Assembly: GCA_040403635.1 (NCBI GenBank)
Contig: JBBAKF010000004.1
Location: 6,565-70,564, forward strand
From: Polynucleobacter sp.
Lineage (GTDB): Bacteria; Pseudomonadota; Gammaproteobacteria; Burkholderiales; Burkholderiaceae
Direction of reading: 5' to 3'
Length of the DNA: 64,000 nt
Shown: positions 43,719 to 54,751 of the stretch, one piece after another
Layout: every line of letters begins with the position of its first letter
Position numbering within the stretch: the stretch's first letter is position 1
The notes under the pieces: model-generated
What the model saw: only the letters and a program-made list of their open reading frames with translations
Databases searched by the model: none
Told to the model about the DNA's origin: nothing
Program-made: the position numbers and the translations under genes

Positions 43719-44531
43719 TTGGAAAACAATCTCTTGCAGTTTAAACAAATTCCTGCTTTTACTGATAATTATCTCTGGGCTATCATCCAAAATCATCAAG
43801 CTTGGGTCGTAGACCCTGGTGATGCCCAGTCCATTATTGCCCTCTTGGAGAAAGAAAAGCTCACTTTAAAAGGGATTTTAATTACGCACCATCATCAGGA
43901 TCATATTGGCGGTGTGGAGCAATTAATGGCTTGGTCTAAAGAGCATGGTCAAGGACCAATCAATACGATAGGACCTTTACATCCCAAGATTACCCCTTTA
44001 GACCGGGTGATTACTGATCAGGATGAGATTGAATTATTCCCTGGAGTGATTGCAAAAGCGATTTCAGTGCCAGGGCATACTTTATCGCACATGGCGTATT
44101 ATTTACCTCAATCTGAGAATGTGCCAACGCCAAGACTGTATTGTGGGGATACCCTGTTTGCCACTGGGTGTGGTCGATTATTTGAGGGTACAGCCGAGCA
44201 AATGTATCAGTCCTTACAAAAATTTGCGCAATTACCGAATGAAACCTTGGTCTGTTGTGCTCATGAGTACACCTTATCAAACATTAAATTTGCGCAACAC
44301 ATTGAGCCATCGAATCATGACTTGTCAGCTTGGGCGCAAACGGCTCAAAAAATGCGAAGTGAGTTTATTCCGACTGTGCCGACGACGATAGGCTTTGAGA
44401 AAAAAGTCAATCCGTTTATGCGCTGCAATGAACCAAGTATGATGAAGAATATTCAAAAGCTAACAGAAACATCATTGCAAACATCATCCGATGTTTTAGC
44501 GGTGATTAGGAAAATGAAGGATAGTTTTTAA
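43719..44531 (+). CDS. gloB: Hydroxyacylglutathione hydrolase (glyoxalase II)
   Basis: 'DNY', 'THHHQDHIGG', 'PGHT', 'GDTLF..GCG', 'CAHEYT'. Start proposed at TTG 43719; the track gives 43659. Confidence 0.93.
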   Translation: MENNLLQFKQIPAFTDNYLWAIIQNHQAWVVDPGDAQSIIALLEKEKLTLKGILITHHHQDHIGGVEQLMAWSKEHGQGPINTIGPLHPKITPLDRVITDQDEIELFPGVIAKAISVPGHTLSHMAYYLPQSENVPTPRLYCGDTLFATGCGRLFEGTAEQMYQSLQKFAQLPNETLVCCAHEYTLSNIKFAQHIEPSNHDLSAWAQTAQKMRSEFIPTVPTTIGFEKKVNPFMRCNEPSMMKNIQKLTETSLQTSSDVLAVIRKMKDSF

Positions 44532-45979
44532 TGTTAAGAGTAATTTTCGCCAGTATGGCCCTGAGCTTTCTTATATCAGGATGTGCCACAAATAACACTT
44601 GGACGAATGAGCCAGAAACTCCAGTAAAGCCAGCACAAGTGGCGCCTAGCGTGAAAGAAAAAAAGGAGACAAAAGTCGAGGATGACTTGTGGGAAAGAAT
44701 ACGACTTGGTTTTGAGATTTCAGACCCCAATTTTCCGATTATTGATCGCCACGTCAACCAATTGAAGGCTAATCCAGCATATGTTGACCGGTTGCTACAG
44801 CGATCATCATCCTACCTTTTTTATATTATTGAAGAAGTTGAAGCTAGGGATATGCCCAGTGAGTTGGCATTATTACCCTTTGTCGAAAGCGCCTTTGTTC
44901 CTACGGCGGTTTCGCCAGCAAAGGCAGCAGGCATGTGGCAATTTATGCCAGCAACTGGTAAATACTTCAAGTTAGATCAAAATATTTTCCGGGATGAGCG
45001 TGGCGACATTATTAAGTCCACTCGCGCCGCTTTAGATTATTTACAAAAACTTTATGACATGTTTGGTGATTGGCAATTAGCACTCGCCGCCTACAACTGG
45101 GGTGAGGGTTCTGTTGGGCGTGCAATTGCAAAAAATAAGGCCGCAAATCTCCAAACTGATTATTGGAGTTTGTCAATGCCGAATGAGACTCGAAATTATG
45201 TCCCTAAGTTATTGGCTTATAAGCGCATCATTGAGGATCCACAGAAATATGGCTTTAAGTTACCGAAGGTAACTAATCACCCCTATTTTGTTTCCATCCC
45301 AGTTGAGCAAGACATTGATGTTGATAAAGTGATTGAATTATCGGGGATAACTCGTAATCAATTTTTGGCGCTCAACCCGTCATATATCAAGCCAGTTATT
45401 TTAAAAGGCTTTAATCAAGAAATTTTGTTGCCTTACGGTAAGGCAGAGATTTTCAAGATGAACTTGAACGATAACCGAACACAATTAACGAGTTGGACAG
45501 TTTTGAAGTTAGATAGAACTGAAACTGTTGAGAGTGTGTCGAGTCGCTTGCAGATTGAGCCTGAGCAAATTAGGGAAGTTAATAAAATACCGAAAGGTAT
45601 GAAAATTCGATCGGGATCAACAATTTTGATACCTAAAAATGAAACGCACTCTACGAACGTTCCATTAGAGATTGCGCAAAATCCTATTTTAAGTTTGGAG
45701 CGAGAATTTGCGCCTGTGCCGGTCGTAATGAGATGTAAAGGAAAAAAATGTGTTGCGGTTCCGAGTAATTTAGCAAATTACAATCCGCGGGATACGAATT
45801 CTGGCAAGGTCACCACAGCAACTAATCAAGGAAAGTCTTCGCCTGTTAAAAACGGGACCTCAAACACTAATAGTAAGACAAGTAAATCGACAACACCTAG
45901 CAAGGGAGCGGCAAACATTAGTACAAACAAAAATACGCAAAATAAATCTATTACGACAAAAAATTCCGATAAAAAATAA
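44531..45979 (+). CDS. mltD: Membrane-bound lytic murein transglycosylase D-like lipoprotein
   Basis: Lipobox 'ISGC', SLT motifs 'VESAF', 'GMWQFMP' and 'AYNWGEG', one recognisable LysM-like repeat and a low-complexity tail. Confidence 0.88.
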   Translation: MLRVIFASMALSFLISGCATNNTWTNEPETPVKPAQVAPSVKEKKETKVEDDLWERIRLGFEISDPNFPIIDRHVNQLKANPAYVDRLLQRSSSYLFYIIEEVEARDMPSELALLPFVESAFVPTAVSPAKAAGMWQFMPATGKYFKLDQNIFRDERGDIIKSTRAALDYLQKLYDMFGDWQLALAAYNWGEGSVGRAIAKNKAANLQTDYWSLSMPNETRNYVPKLLAYKRIIEDPQKYGFKLPKVTNHPYFVSIPVEQDIDVDKVIELSGITRNQFLALNPSYIKPVILKGFNQEILLPYGKAEIFKMNLNDNRTQLTSWTVLKLDRTETVESVSSRLQIEPEQIREVNKIPKGMKIRSGSTILIPKNETHSTNVPLEIAQNPILSLEREFAPVPVVMRCKGKKCVAVPSNLANYNPRDTNSGKVTTATNQGKSSPVKNGTSNTNSKTSKSTTPSKGAANISTNKNTQNKSITTKNSDKK

Positions 45980-45993
45980 TTGAGGGAGTACGT

Positions 45994-47889
45994 ATGGGAA
46001 AGTATCTTCAAACACACCTACAATCGATTGAGCAGCCCGAGATTTTTTGGGGTGAGCAGGCTAAAAGAATTTTCTGGAAAAAGCTTTTTGATCAGGTACT
46101 TGACTATTCATCTCCGCCATTTGCGAAGTGGTTTGTCGGGGGGCAAACGAGTATTTGTTACAACGCGATTGATCGACATCTAAAAGACCGAGCTCAGCAA
46201 ACTGCGCTAATCGTAGTTTCCGTAGAAACGAATACGGAGACATCCTACACCTATCAAGAGCTTCATACAGAAGTCAATCGCATGGCGGCGATTTTAAAGT
46301 CACACGGAGTGGGTAAGGGTGATCGCGTATTGATTTACATGCCGATGGTTGCGCAAGCTTGCTTTGCCATGTTAGCTGTTTTGCGCCTAGGGGCGATTCA
46401 TTCAGTCGTATTTGGTGGTTTTGCTTCCCATAGCCTTGCGGCGCGGATTGAAGATGCGAAGCCGAGAATGATCATTACTGCTGAGGCGGGGATGCGTGCG
46501 GGCAAGGTGGTGCCCTACAAACCCTTGTTGGATGAAGCCATTCAAATATCTACCTATAAGCCTGAACATGTTTTGATTGTCTCTCGAGGCTTGTGCGCTT
46601 ATGAAACGATTGCAAACCGTGATTTAGATTATGCGCAGGAAAGGCAAAAGCATCTCGATAGTTTGGTGGAGTGTGAATGGTTAGAGGCGACAGATCCGTC
46701 TTATATTTTATATACATCAGGCACAACAGGTAAACCCAAAGGGGTGCAAAGAGATACAGGTGGCTATGCAGTAGCACTTGCAACTTCGATGGACTATATT
46801 TTTTGTGCCAAGCCAGGGCAAACAATGTTTTGTACCTCTGATATTGGCTGGGTTGTTGGCCATGGATACATTATTTATGGACCCTTGATTCAAGGTATGG
46901 CAACGATTATGTTTGAGGGTACACCCTTAAAACCAGATCCTGGTATTTGGTGGCATTTAGTAGAGAAGTATCGCGTATCCATCATGTTTTCCTCGCCTAC
47001 AGCGATCCGGGTATTAAAAAAGCAAGATACAAAATTCATTGAGGAGCGGGATTTATCCTCATTAAAAGCATTTTTCTTGGCAGGTGAGCCGCTTGATGAG
47101 CCTACTGCGCAATGGATATCACAAGCGATTAAGAAACCTATTATTGATAATTATTGGCAAACCGAAACAGGCTGGCCAATTTTGTCTTTACAGCGAGGTA
47201 TTGAGGCAATGCCCAATAAATTTGGCTCGCCAGGTGTTCCTGTTTTTGGCTACAACATGAAGTTACTCGATGATGTCACAGGGGAAGAATTACCGCCGCA
47301 TCAAAAAGGCTTATTAGCCATTGAAGGTCCTTTACCTCCTGGGTGTATGCAAACAGTCTGGGGTGATGACAAGCGTTTTGTAAGTACTTATTGGCAAGGC
47401 TTTGAGGATCGACTGGTTTACTCGACATTTGATTGGGGAATTAAAGATGAGGATGGATATTTCTTTATCTTAGGTAGAACCGATGATGTGATCAACACGG
47501 CAGGCCATCGTCTTGGGACGCGGGAAATTGAGGAAAGTATTTCGAGTCATTCGAATGTTGCCGAAGTGGCAGTTGTAGGTATTGCTGACGAATTAAAGGG
47601 CCAGGTCGCGATTGCCTTTACGATTCCTAAAAATAATCAACACATTGCCAATTTAGAAAAAGAGTTAATGTCGGTGGTTGACCAGCAATTAGGCTCTGTG
47701 GCAAGACCCGCAAGAATTTATATTGTCGAAGCCTTACCTAAAACTCGTTCTGGAAAAATTGTACGCCGGGCATTGCAAGCCATTGCAGAGTATCGAGATC
47801 CTGGAGATATTAGTACGATGGAGGATAAGAATGTACTTTTACAAATCCAAGACGTCATTGCTCAGCAATCAAAAGTCTTAAAAAGTTGA
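45994..47889 (+). CDS. prpE: Propionate--CoA ligase
   Basis: AMP-binding 'YTSGTTGKPKGVQRD', 'DNYWQTETGW', 'AGHRLGTREIEE' and 'PKTRSGK'. Confidence 0.88.
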   Translation: MGKYLQTHLQSIEQPEIFWGEQAKRIFWKKLFDQVLDYSSPPFAKWFVGGQTSICYNAIDRHLKDRAQQTALIVVSVETNTETSYTYQELHTEVNRMAAILKSHGVGKGDRVLIYMPMVAQACFAMLAVLRLGAIHSVVFGGFASHSLAARIEDAKPRMIITAEAGMRAGKVVPYKPLLDEAIQISTYKPEHVLIVSRGLCAYETIANRDLDYAQERQKHLDSLVECEWLEATDPSYILYTSGTTGKPKGVQRDTGGYAVALATSMDYIFCAKPGQTMFCTSDIGWVVGHGYIIYGPLIQGMATIMFEGTPLKPDPGIWWHLVEKYRVSIMFSSPTAIRVLKKQDTKFIEERDLSSLKAFFLAGEPLDEPTAQWISQAIKKPIIDNYWQTETGWPILSLQRGIEAMPNKFGSPGVPVFGYNMKLLDDVTGEELPPHQKGLLAIEGPLPPGCMQTVWGDDKRFVSTYWQGFEDRLVYSTFDWGIKDEDGYFFILGRTDDVINTAGHRLGTREIEESISSHSNVAEVAVVGIADELKGQVAIAFTIPKNNQHIANLEKELMSVVDQQLGSVARPARIYIVEALPKTRSGKIVRRALQAIAEYRDPGDISTMEDKNVLLQIQDVIAQQSKVLKS

Positions 47890-47894
47890 TAATT

Positions 47895-47924
47895 TTGAGG
47901 GGATTATTTTTTGCTTGGTATAAT
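47895..47924 (+). promoter_or_regulatory. Putative sigma70 promoter for carAB
   Basis: TTGAGG, 18-bp spacer, TATAAT (47919-47924) with an extended -10 (TGg). Confidence 0.6.
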
Positions 47925-47951
47925 GTAAGTGTTTAGTAACTTCCTACATAT

Positions 47952-48025
47952 CCCTAACGCTAAAAAAAATTTCCTCCCGAACAACTCACCTCCGGGATAA
48001 GACTTCGGGGAAAGTAGATTTAGGG
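47952..48025 (+). ncRNA. Structured cis-regulatory RNA candidate in the carA 5' UTR
   Basis: CCCTAA/TTAGGG outer stem enclosing TCCCGAA/TTCGGGG, just upstream of the RBS. An alternative partner CGGGA is also present. Confidence 0.5.
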
Positions 48026-48035
48026 CAGCAGGGTA

Positions 48036-49232
48036 ATGGAGAATGACTTGCTGCCACTATCAAAAAATAAATTGACTACTTTAACTTCCCAACTTCCACC
48101 TGCGGTCCTTGTGCTTGCAGATGGCACAAAATTTATTGGAAAAGCCATTGGTATATCCGGGGTTAGCTCCGGCGAGGTTGTTTTCAACACTTCCATGACC
48201 GGCTATCAGGAAATATTTACAGATCCTAGCTATACACAACAACTGGTTACCTTAACCTACCCACATATTGGTAATGTTGGGGTCAATGGACAAGATAACG
48301 AATCGAAAAAGATTTATGCATCTGGAATTATTATTCGCGCCCTTTCACCGATAGCCTCTAACTTTAGAAGCCAACAATCTCTACAAGATTTTCTGGTTGA
48401 GCAAGGTGTTGTGGGGATCTCTGAGATTGATACTCGTCATTTGACGACACACCTACGAGAGCATGGAGCGCAAAATGGCGCCATTGCGACTGGTGAGTAT
48501 GGACAATCGATTGAGAGCTTAATACAAACAGCAAGCCAACACTTGAATTCATTCCCAGGCATGATTGGCTTAGACTTAGCTAAGGTAGTTACTACTGAGA
48601 GCCCCTATGAGTGGAATGATGGTGAGTGGCACTTATCTGGCCCAGATGGTCAAACAGGATTTAATCAGATCAAAGCAACTAAGCATGTCGTTGCCTATGA
48701 TTTTGGGGTCAAAAGAAATATTTTGCGCATGCTAGCGCAAAGAGGCTGTCGTGTGACAGTTGTCCCAGCGCAAACATCTGCTCAAGAGGTCTTAGCTATG
48801 AACCCTGATGGCGTGTTCTTATCGAATGGCCCTGGTGACCCACAGCCTTGTGCATATGCGATCGAAGCAACCAAGGTCTTTTTGGATAAGAAAATTCCGT
48901 TATTTGGAATTTGCTTAGGTCATCAAATTATGGGACTTGCAGCAGGAGCTAAAACAGTAAAAATGAAGTTTGGTCATCATGGGGCAAATCACCCAGTCAA
49001 GGACTTAAAAACTGGAAAAGTAGTGATAACTTCCCAAAATCATGGATTTGCTGTCGATGAACCAAGCTTACCTAAAAACGTGGAAGCAACGCATATTTCT
49101 CTGTTTGATGGATCACTACAGGGGATGGCTTGGCTGGATCGGCCGGCTTTTTGTTTTCAGGGTCATCCAGAAGCATCTCCGGGTCCACAAGATGTGGGAT
49201 ATTTGTTCGATCGTTTTATAGATTTGATGTGA
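48036..49232 (+). CDS. carA: Carbamoyl-phosphate synthase small subunit
   Basis: 'GEVVFNT.MTGYQE', 'SNGPGDP', catalytic 'GICLGHQ' and '[10 protein letters not shown]'. The start may be TTG 48048 (GGAG 6 nt upstream). Confidence 0.97.
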   Translation: MENDLLPLSKNKLTTLTSQLPPAVLVLADGTKFIGKAIGISGVSSGEVVFNTSMTGYQEIFTDPSYTQQLVTLTYPHIGNVGVNGQDNESKKIYASGIIIRALSPIASNFRSQQSLQDFLVEQGVVGISEIDTRHLTTHLREHGAQNGAIATGEYGQSIESLIQTASQHLNSFPGMIGLDLAKVVTTESPYEWNDGEWHLSGPDGQTGFNQIKATKHVVAYDFGVKRNILRMLAQRGCRVTVVPAQTSAQEVLAMNPDGVFLSNGPGDPQPCAYAIEATKVFLDKKIPLFGICLGHQIMGLAAGAKTVKMKFGHHGANHPVKDLKTGKVVITSQNHGFAVDEPSLPKNVEATHISLFDGSLQGMAWLDRPAFCFQGHPEASPGPQDVGYLFDRFIDLM

Positions 49233-49240
49233 GAGTATAG

Positions 49241-52200
49241 ATGCCAAAGCGAAGTGATATAGAAAGTATCTTAATTATTGGAGCAGGTCCAATTGTGATT
49301 GGACAGGCATGTGAGTTTGATTACTCAGGTGCACAAGCTTGTAAGGCTTTGCGCGACGAAGGTTATAAGGTCATCCTAGTCAATAGTAATCCTGCAACCA
49401 TCATGACTGATCCAGAAATGGCGGATGTGACTTATATCGAACCCATCACGTGGGAAGTTCTTGAGAGAATTATTGAGAAAGAGCAGCCAGATGCAATTTT
49501 GCCAACGATGGGTGGACAAACGGCGCTCAATTGCGCATTAGATTTGTTCCGTAATGGCATTTTAGAAAAATACAATTGTGAGCTCATCGGCGCATCACCG
49601 CAAGCCATTGATAAAGCAGAAGATCGACAAAAATTTAAACAAGCAATGACCAAAATAGGTTTAGGTTCTGCTAAATCTGATGTGGCGCATTCTTGGGAAG
49701 CGGCACAACAAGTCCAACAGGAAATTGCGAAGCTGACTGGTGGAAATGGCTATCCCGTCATTATTCGACCATCATTTACGATGGGTGGTTCTGGCGGCGG
49801 TATTGCTTACAACCGACAAGAGTTTGAAGAAATTTGTAAGCGTGGTTTGGATTTATCACCAACCCATGAGTTATTGATTGAAGAATCTTTATTGGGTTGG
49901 AAAGAGTATGAGATGGAGGTGGTCAGAGATCACCACGATAATTGCATTATCGTCTGCTCGATTGAGAATTTTGATCCAATGGGAGTCCACACAGGGGATT
50001 CTATTACGGTGGCTCCAGCACAAACATTGACGGACCGTGAATACCAAATCATGAGAAACGCTGCGATCGCAGTGTTACGTGAAATTGGGGTAGATACTGG
50101 TGGTTCGAATGTGCAGTTTGCAATTAATCCTGTTGATGGTCGCATGATTGTGATTGAAATGAATCCGCGAGTATCTCGCTCATCCGCTTTAGCATCTAAG
50201 GCAACTGGGTTTCCGATTGCGAAGATTGCGGCTAAATTAGCGGTTGGTTTTACTTTAGATGAGTTGCAAAATGAGATTACGGGGGGAGCAACACCAGCTT
50301 CTTTCGAACCTGCTATTGATTATGTGGTGACTAAAGTTCCGCGATTTGCGTTTGAAAAGTTCCCTGAGGCGGATAAGCACTTAACTACGCAGATGAAATC
50401 TGTTGGTGAGGTGATGGCGATAGGTAGAACTTTCCAAGAGTCGATTCAAAAGGCGCTGCGGGGCTTAGAGGTTGGTGTCGACGGCTTTGATGAGAAAACG
50501 ACGGATTTAGATGAAATTATTTTAGAGATTAAATCACCAGGACCGGAGCGGATTTGGTATGTGGGTGATGCTTTTAGAGCAGGTCTTACCTTGGCGGAGG
50601 TGCATAAACACACGGCCATTGACCCTTGGTTTTTGGTACAGATCGAAGAAATTATTGCCCTTGAAAAAACTATTGCCCAACGACAACTAGAGACATTAAG
50701 TCCTGAAGAGTTACGCTTTGTCAAACAAAAAGGATTTTCTGATCGTCGCTTAGCGCGCCTGATGAATTCTGATCAAAGTTTAGTCCGCCTGCGTCGCCAT
50801 GAGTTTGATATTCGACCCATTTACAAGCGGGTTGACACCTGTGCTGCGGAGTTTGCGACGAATACAGCATACATGTATTCCACTTACGAAAATCCAGATG
50901 GTGTCTGTGAAGCAAACCCGACGGGTAAGCAAAAAATTATGGTCTTAGGTGGCGGCCCTAACCGAATCGGACAGGGTATTGAATTCGATTACTGCTGTGT
51001 ACATGCAGCACTTGCTATGCGCGAAGATGGTTACGAAACCATTATGGTCAATTGCAATCCTGAAACTGTTTCGACGGATTTTGACACCTCCGACCGCCTT
51101 TATTTTGAGTCCTTGACTTTAGAGGATGTTTTAGAAATCGTTGCCTTAGAAAAGCCCTTAGGGGTGATTGTGCAGTATGGTGGACAGACGCCTTTGAAGC
51201 TTGCACTTGATTTAGAAGCTAATGGGGTGCCGATTATTGGGACTTCGCCAGACATGATTGACGCCGCTGAAGATCGCGAGCGTTTTCAGCAGTTATTGCA
51301 TGAGTTACAACTCAGACAACCACCTAATCGAACTGCCAGAACGGAAGATGAGGCTCTCAAGCTCGCCTTAGAAATTGGTTATCCATTAGTAGTTCGTCCG
51401 TCCTATGTGTTGGGGGGGCGTGCTATGGAAATCGTGAATGATGGTTTTGATTTAGAACGGTATATGCGTGAAGCGGTTAAAGTCTCCCATGATTCGCCTG
51501 TCTTACTAGACCGCTTCTTAAATGAGGCTATAGAGTGTGACGTGGATTGTATTAGTGACGGTAAGCGCGTCTTCATTGGTGGGGTGATGGAGCATGTTGA
51601 GCAAGCCGGAGTGCACTCAGGAGACTCTGCCTGTTCATTGCCACCCTACACTTTGTCTGAAGAAACTATTGAGGAACTCCGTCGCCAAACGCAAGCTATG
51701 GCAATGGGATTGCATGTTGTTGGTTTAATGAATGTCCAATTTGCGATACAGCAAATCGATGGCAAGGACGTTGTTTATGTCTTAGAGGTTAATCCAAGAG
51801 CATCACGTACAGTGCCATTTGTTTCGAAAGCAACCGGCTTACAACTAGCGAAGATAGCGGCGCGTTGTATGGCTGGTAAATCGCTGGATGAGCAAGGGAT
51901 TGGCGATGAAGTTAAGCCAAGTTATTTCTCGGTCAAGGAAGCGGTATTTCCATTTAACAAATTTCCTGGAGTGGATCCTATTTTGGGACCAGAGATGCGC
52001 TCGACTGGAGAGGTTATGGGAGTTGGCCGGACCTTTGGGGAGGCTTTATTTAAATCGCAATTAGCAGCAAGCACCTTGCTCCCAAGTAGCGGCACAGTTT
52101 TACTCTCCGTGAAAAACAGTGACAAACCAAAAGCTGTTGAGGTTGCAAAAATGCTGCATAGCATGGGCTATCCGATTGTTGCTACACGTGGCACTGCCAA

Positions 52201-52489
52201 AGCGATTGAAGCTGCTGGTATCCCTGTGAAATCAGTCAATAAGGTTAAAGAAGGGCGACCTGATATTGTTGATTTGATCAAAAATGGTGAAATTACTTTA
52301 GTATTTACTACTGTAGATGAGAATAGGGCTGAAATTGCCGATTCACGCTCAATTCGCACGACATCGCAATCGAATAGGGTTACCTACTACACGACGATTA
52401 GTGCGGCACTTGCAGCTGTTGAGGGTTTGCGAGCCATCAATGAACTTGAGGTCTATGATTTGCAAAGTTTGCATCAATCCTTACAATAA
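49241..52489 (+). CDS. carB: Carbamoyl-phosphate synthase large subunit
   Basis: '[17 protein letters not shown]', duplicated ATP-grasp halves ('[11 protein letters not shown]', 'EVNPRASRT') and a C-terminal MGS domain. Confidence 0.98.
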   Translation: MPKRSDIESILIIGAGPIVIGQACEFDYSGAQACKALRDEGYKVILVNSNPATIMTDPEMADVTYIEPITWEVLERIIEKEQPDAILPTMGGQTALNCALDLFRNGILEKYNCELIGASPQAIDKAEDRQKFKQAMTKIGLGSAKSDVAHSWEAAQQVQQEIAKLTGGNGYPVIIRPSFTMGGSGGGIAYNRQEFEEICKRGLDLSPTHELLIEESLLGWKEYEMEVVRDHHDNCIIVCSIENFDPMGVHTGDSITVAPAQTLTDREYQIMRNAAIAVLREIGVDTGGSNVQFAINPVDGRMIVIEMNPRVSRSSALASKATGFPIAKIAAKLAVGFTLDELQNEITGGATPASFEPAIDYVVTKVPRFAFEKFPEADKHLTTQMKSVGEVMAIGRTFQESIQKALRGLEVGVDGFDEKTTDLDEIILEIKSPGPERIWYVGDAFRAGLTLAEVHKHTAIDPWFLVQIEEIIALEKTIAQRQLETLSPEELRFVKQKGFSDRRLARLMNSDQSLVRLRRHEFDIRPIYKRVDTCAAEFATNTAYMYSTYENPDGVCEANPTGKQKIMVLGGGPNRIGQGIEFDYCCVHAALAMREDGYETIMVNCNPETVSTDFDTSDRLYFESLTLEDVLEIVALEKPLGVIVQYGGQTPLKLALDLEANGVPIIGTSPDMIDAAEDRERFQQLLHELQLRQPPNRTARTEDEALKLALEIGYPLVVRPSYVLGGRAMEIVNDGFDLERYMREAVKVSHDSPVLLDRFLNEAIECDVDCISDGKRVFIGGVMEHVEQAGVHSGDSACSLPPYTLSEETIEELRRQTQAMAMGLHVVGLMNVQFAIQQIDGKDVVYVLEVNPRASRTVPFVSKATGLQLAKIAARCMAGKSLDEQGIGDEVKPSYFSVKEAVFPFNKFPGVDPILGPEMRSTGEVMGVGRTFGEALFKSQLAASTLLPSSGTVLLSVKNSDKPKAVEVAKMLHSMGYPIVATRGTAKAIEAAGIPVKSVNKVKEGRPDIVDLIKNGEITLVFTTVDENRAEIADSRSIRTTSQSNRVTYYTTISAALAAVEGLRAINELEVYDLQSLHQSLQ

Positions 52490-52511
52490 CTTATTTTAAA
52501 AGAGTGATTTT

Positions 52512-52988
52512 ATGAGTACTATTCCAATTACTACCAAAGGTGTAGAGCGCCTCAAAGAAGAGTTGCAGCGATTAAAATCAGTTGAGAGACCCGCTGTCAT
52601 CAACGCGATTTCGGAAGCACGCGCTCAGGGTGATTTATCTGAAAATGCCGAATATGATGCTGCGAAAGAAAAACAGGCTTTCATTGAAGGCAGAATCAAG
52701 GAAGTTGAGAGTAAGTTAGCTGGGGCACAGATCATAGACCCTACTTTAATTGATGCGGATGGTAAGGTGGTTTTTGGGGCAACCGTAGAACTTGAAAACT
52801 TAGAAGATGGTAGCAAAATGACCTACCAAATTGTGGGTGATGATGAAGCTGACCTTGAGGCTAATAAAATTTCGATTAGTTCTCCCATTGCCAGAGCTTT
52901 GATTCGTAAAGAAGCTGGAGATGTTGTTAAAGTGGCGGCTCCAGGAGGTGATCGCGAAGTAGAAATTATCGCAGTTCACTATATCTAA
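52512..52988 (+). CDS. greA: Transcription elongation factor GreA
   Basis: '[17 protein letters not shown]', '[11 protein letters not shown]'. Confidence 0.96.
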   Translation: MSTIPITTKGVERLKEELQRLKSVERPAVINAISEARAQGDLSENAEYDAAKEKQAFIEGRIKEVESKLAGAQIIDPTLIDADGKVVFGATVELENLEDGSKMTYQIVGDDEADLEANKISISSPIARALIRKEAGDVVKVAAPGGDREVEIIAVHYI

Positions 52989-53024
52989 TTAGTCCATCAA
53001 TCTGTCTAGTCTAAAAGGATATTT

Positions 53025-53513
53025 ATTTCCCCAATCGCTCAACGCCTCTTTTTAATCCTTTCAGGCATTCTTTTTGGAGGCTTGACCACAATTGGATTTC
53101 TGGTGACTCCTACGCTATTTAACTACTTAGATGATAAGCAAGTTGCCGGAATGATTGCTGGGGAGATTTTTAAAAACGCTAGTGTTTTTAGTTTAAGCAT
53201 CAGTGTTTTTTTACTCATCTTTGCTAATCTCTTAATTAAAAGAGGTTATGAGGGCTATAAAACAATTCGCTGGCTTTTATTACTCGGCATACTATTAACT
53301 TTAATAGGGTCTTTTATCATTCAACCGATGATGCATGAGTTAAGAGAAACTGCGTTAAACCAAGGTGCGCCAGTGATGCAATCACCTTTTGCGAGCGAGT
53401 TTAATTTACTGCATCGTATTTCTAGTACGTTATTTATTATTGAAGTCATTTTGTGTGGATGGGTCTATTGGGTCTCAGCGCAATATAAGCCAATGCGGCA
53501 GAGCACTACTTGA
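53025..53513 (+). CDS. DUF4149 family membrane protein (start uncertain; ATT 53025 proposed)
   Basis: 'GFLVTPTLF..L.DKQVAG.IAG.IF' and 'F..LH..SS'. The frame is open upstream of TTG 53082 through a hydrophobic helix. There is no ATG or GTG between the greA stop and 53082. Confidence 0.7.
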   Translation: MSPIAQRLFLILSGILFGGLTTIGFLVTPTLFNYLDDKQVAGMIAGEIFKNASVFSLSISVFLLIFANLLIKRGYEGYKTIRWLLLLGILLTLIGSFIIQPMMHELRETALNQGAPVMQSPFASEFNLLHRISSTLFIIEVILCGWVYWVSAQYKPMRQSTT

Positions 53514-53519
53514 GAGGTT

Positions 53520-54017
53520 TTACCCGAGCTGTCTTTTCTTCACACTTTTTAGACGTGGTTTGACGCGTTTGATTTGCCCTCCAGCGGCAACACGTTCATT
53601 ACCCAACACTTTTGTGGCAATTGCTTTAGGGCGTTTTTGAGGATTACGGGTAAACTTTTTGACCATGACGGTTCTAGGTTTACCAAATCCATCTTCATTA
53701 CGGGTTGACTTACGGGGAGCGGAAGAGCTTGCACCCGTTTTTAAATTAGGGCGATAAATGACAAGTAATTTGCCGATGTGTTGAACCTTAGCGGCATGTA
53801 ATTTTTCGCAAATCGCTTCATAAATTTCGAGTCGCGCTTCACGGTCGTCACCAAGCACTCTGATTTTTATGAGTTCATGTGACGAAAGAGCGATCTCAGC
53901 TTCTTTGAGAACCCCGGGAGTCAGACCGTCGGCACCGATCATGACAGTTGGAGAAATATTGTGTGCTTTTGAGCGTAAATCTGAGCGTGTTGTTGAATCA
54001 AGTTCTAAAATAGTCAT
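53520..54017 (-). CDS. yhbY: YhbY/CRM-domain RNA-binding protein
   Basis: 'LRSKAH.I.P.VMIG..GLT', 'HELIKIRV' and 'IGK.LVIYRP', with a basic C-terminal tail. Confidence 0.9.
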   Translation of the reverse strand: MTILELDSTTRSDLRSKAHNISPTVMIGADGLTPGVLKEAEIALSSHELIKIRVLGDDREARLEIYEAICEKLHAAKVQHIGKLLVIYRPNLKTGASSSAPRKSTRNEDGFGKPRTVMVKKFTRNPQKRPKAIATKVLGNERVAAGGQIKRVKPRLKSVKKRQLG

Positions 54018-54073
54018 AATGCGTATTATCGCTGACTTAACTCTATACAGAAAGTGTTTTTTTAAAATCTCTA

Positions 54074-54751
54074 GTGGCTAAAAATAAATTTAACAAAGAA
54101 TGGCTACAAGACCATCTTAATGATCCTTACGTAAAAATGGCGCAACGAGAGGGTTATCGCGCTCGTGCCGCCTACAAGCTGAAGGAGATTGACGATCAGG
54201 ATTACTTGATTAAAGCGGGTATGACGATAGTTGACTTGGGCAGTGCGCCCGGAAGTTGGAGTCAGTATGCCCGGAATCGTCTCGTGGAGTTGGGTAAAAA
54301 AAATACCACTATTGAGCCGGGTAAGCCCGATGGCAAGATTATCGCCATTGATCTGTTGCCCATGGAGGCTATTGCTGACGTGACTTTTTTACTAGGTGAC
54401 TTTAGAGAAGAGTCTGTTTTAGAGTTATTAGAGCAAGCTATATTCAAAGATGGGCAAAGCGCACAACAAAAAGTACACTTGGTTTTATCGGACATGGCCC
54501 CGAATTTATCTGGGGTTGCGCTCGCCGATGCAGCGCGCATGGGTAATCTCGCTGAGCTGGCCCTCGAGTTTTCACAAATGCACCTACACCCTGAAGGCGC
54601 TTTATTGATTAAATGCTTTCATGGCAGTGGTTATAGTCAAATTGTGGAATCATTTAAGAAAGTATTTAAAGTTGTGGCCCCTAGAAAACCACAGGCATCA
54701 AGAACGCGCTCAGCAGAAACCTTTTTGCTAGGGAGGTTTTTAAAGACTTAG
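54074..54751 (+). CDS. rlmE: 23S rRNA Um2552 methyltransferase
   Basis: 'YRARAAYKL', '[11 protein letters not shown]', 'SDMAPN', 'SRTRSAETF'. GTG start. Confidence 0.95.
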   Translation: MAKNKFNKEWLQDHLNDPYVKMAQREGYRARAAYKLKEIDDQDYLIKAGMTIVDLGSAPGSWSQYARNRLVELGKKNTTIEPGKPDGKIIAIDLLPMEAIADVTFLLGDFREESVLELLEQAIFKDGQSAQQKVHLVLSDMAPNLSGVALADAARMGNLAELALEFSQMHLHPEGALLIKCFHGSGYSQIVESFKKVFKVVAPRKPQASRTRSAETFLLGRFLKT

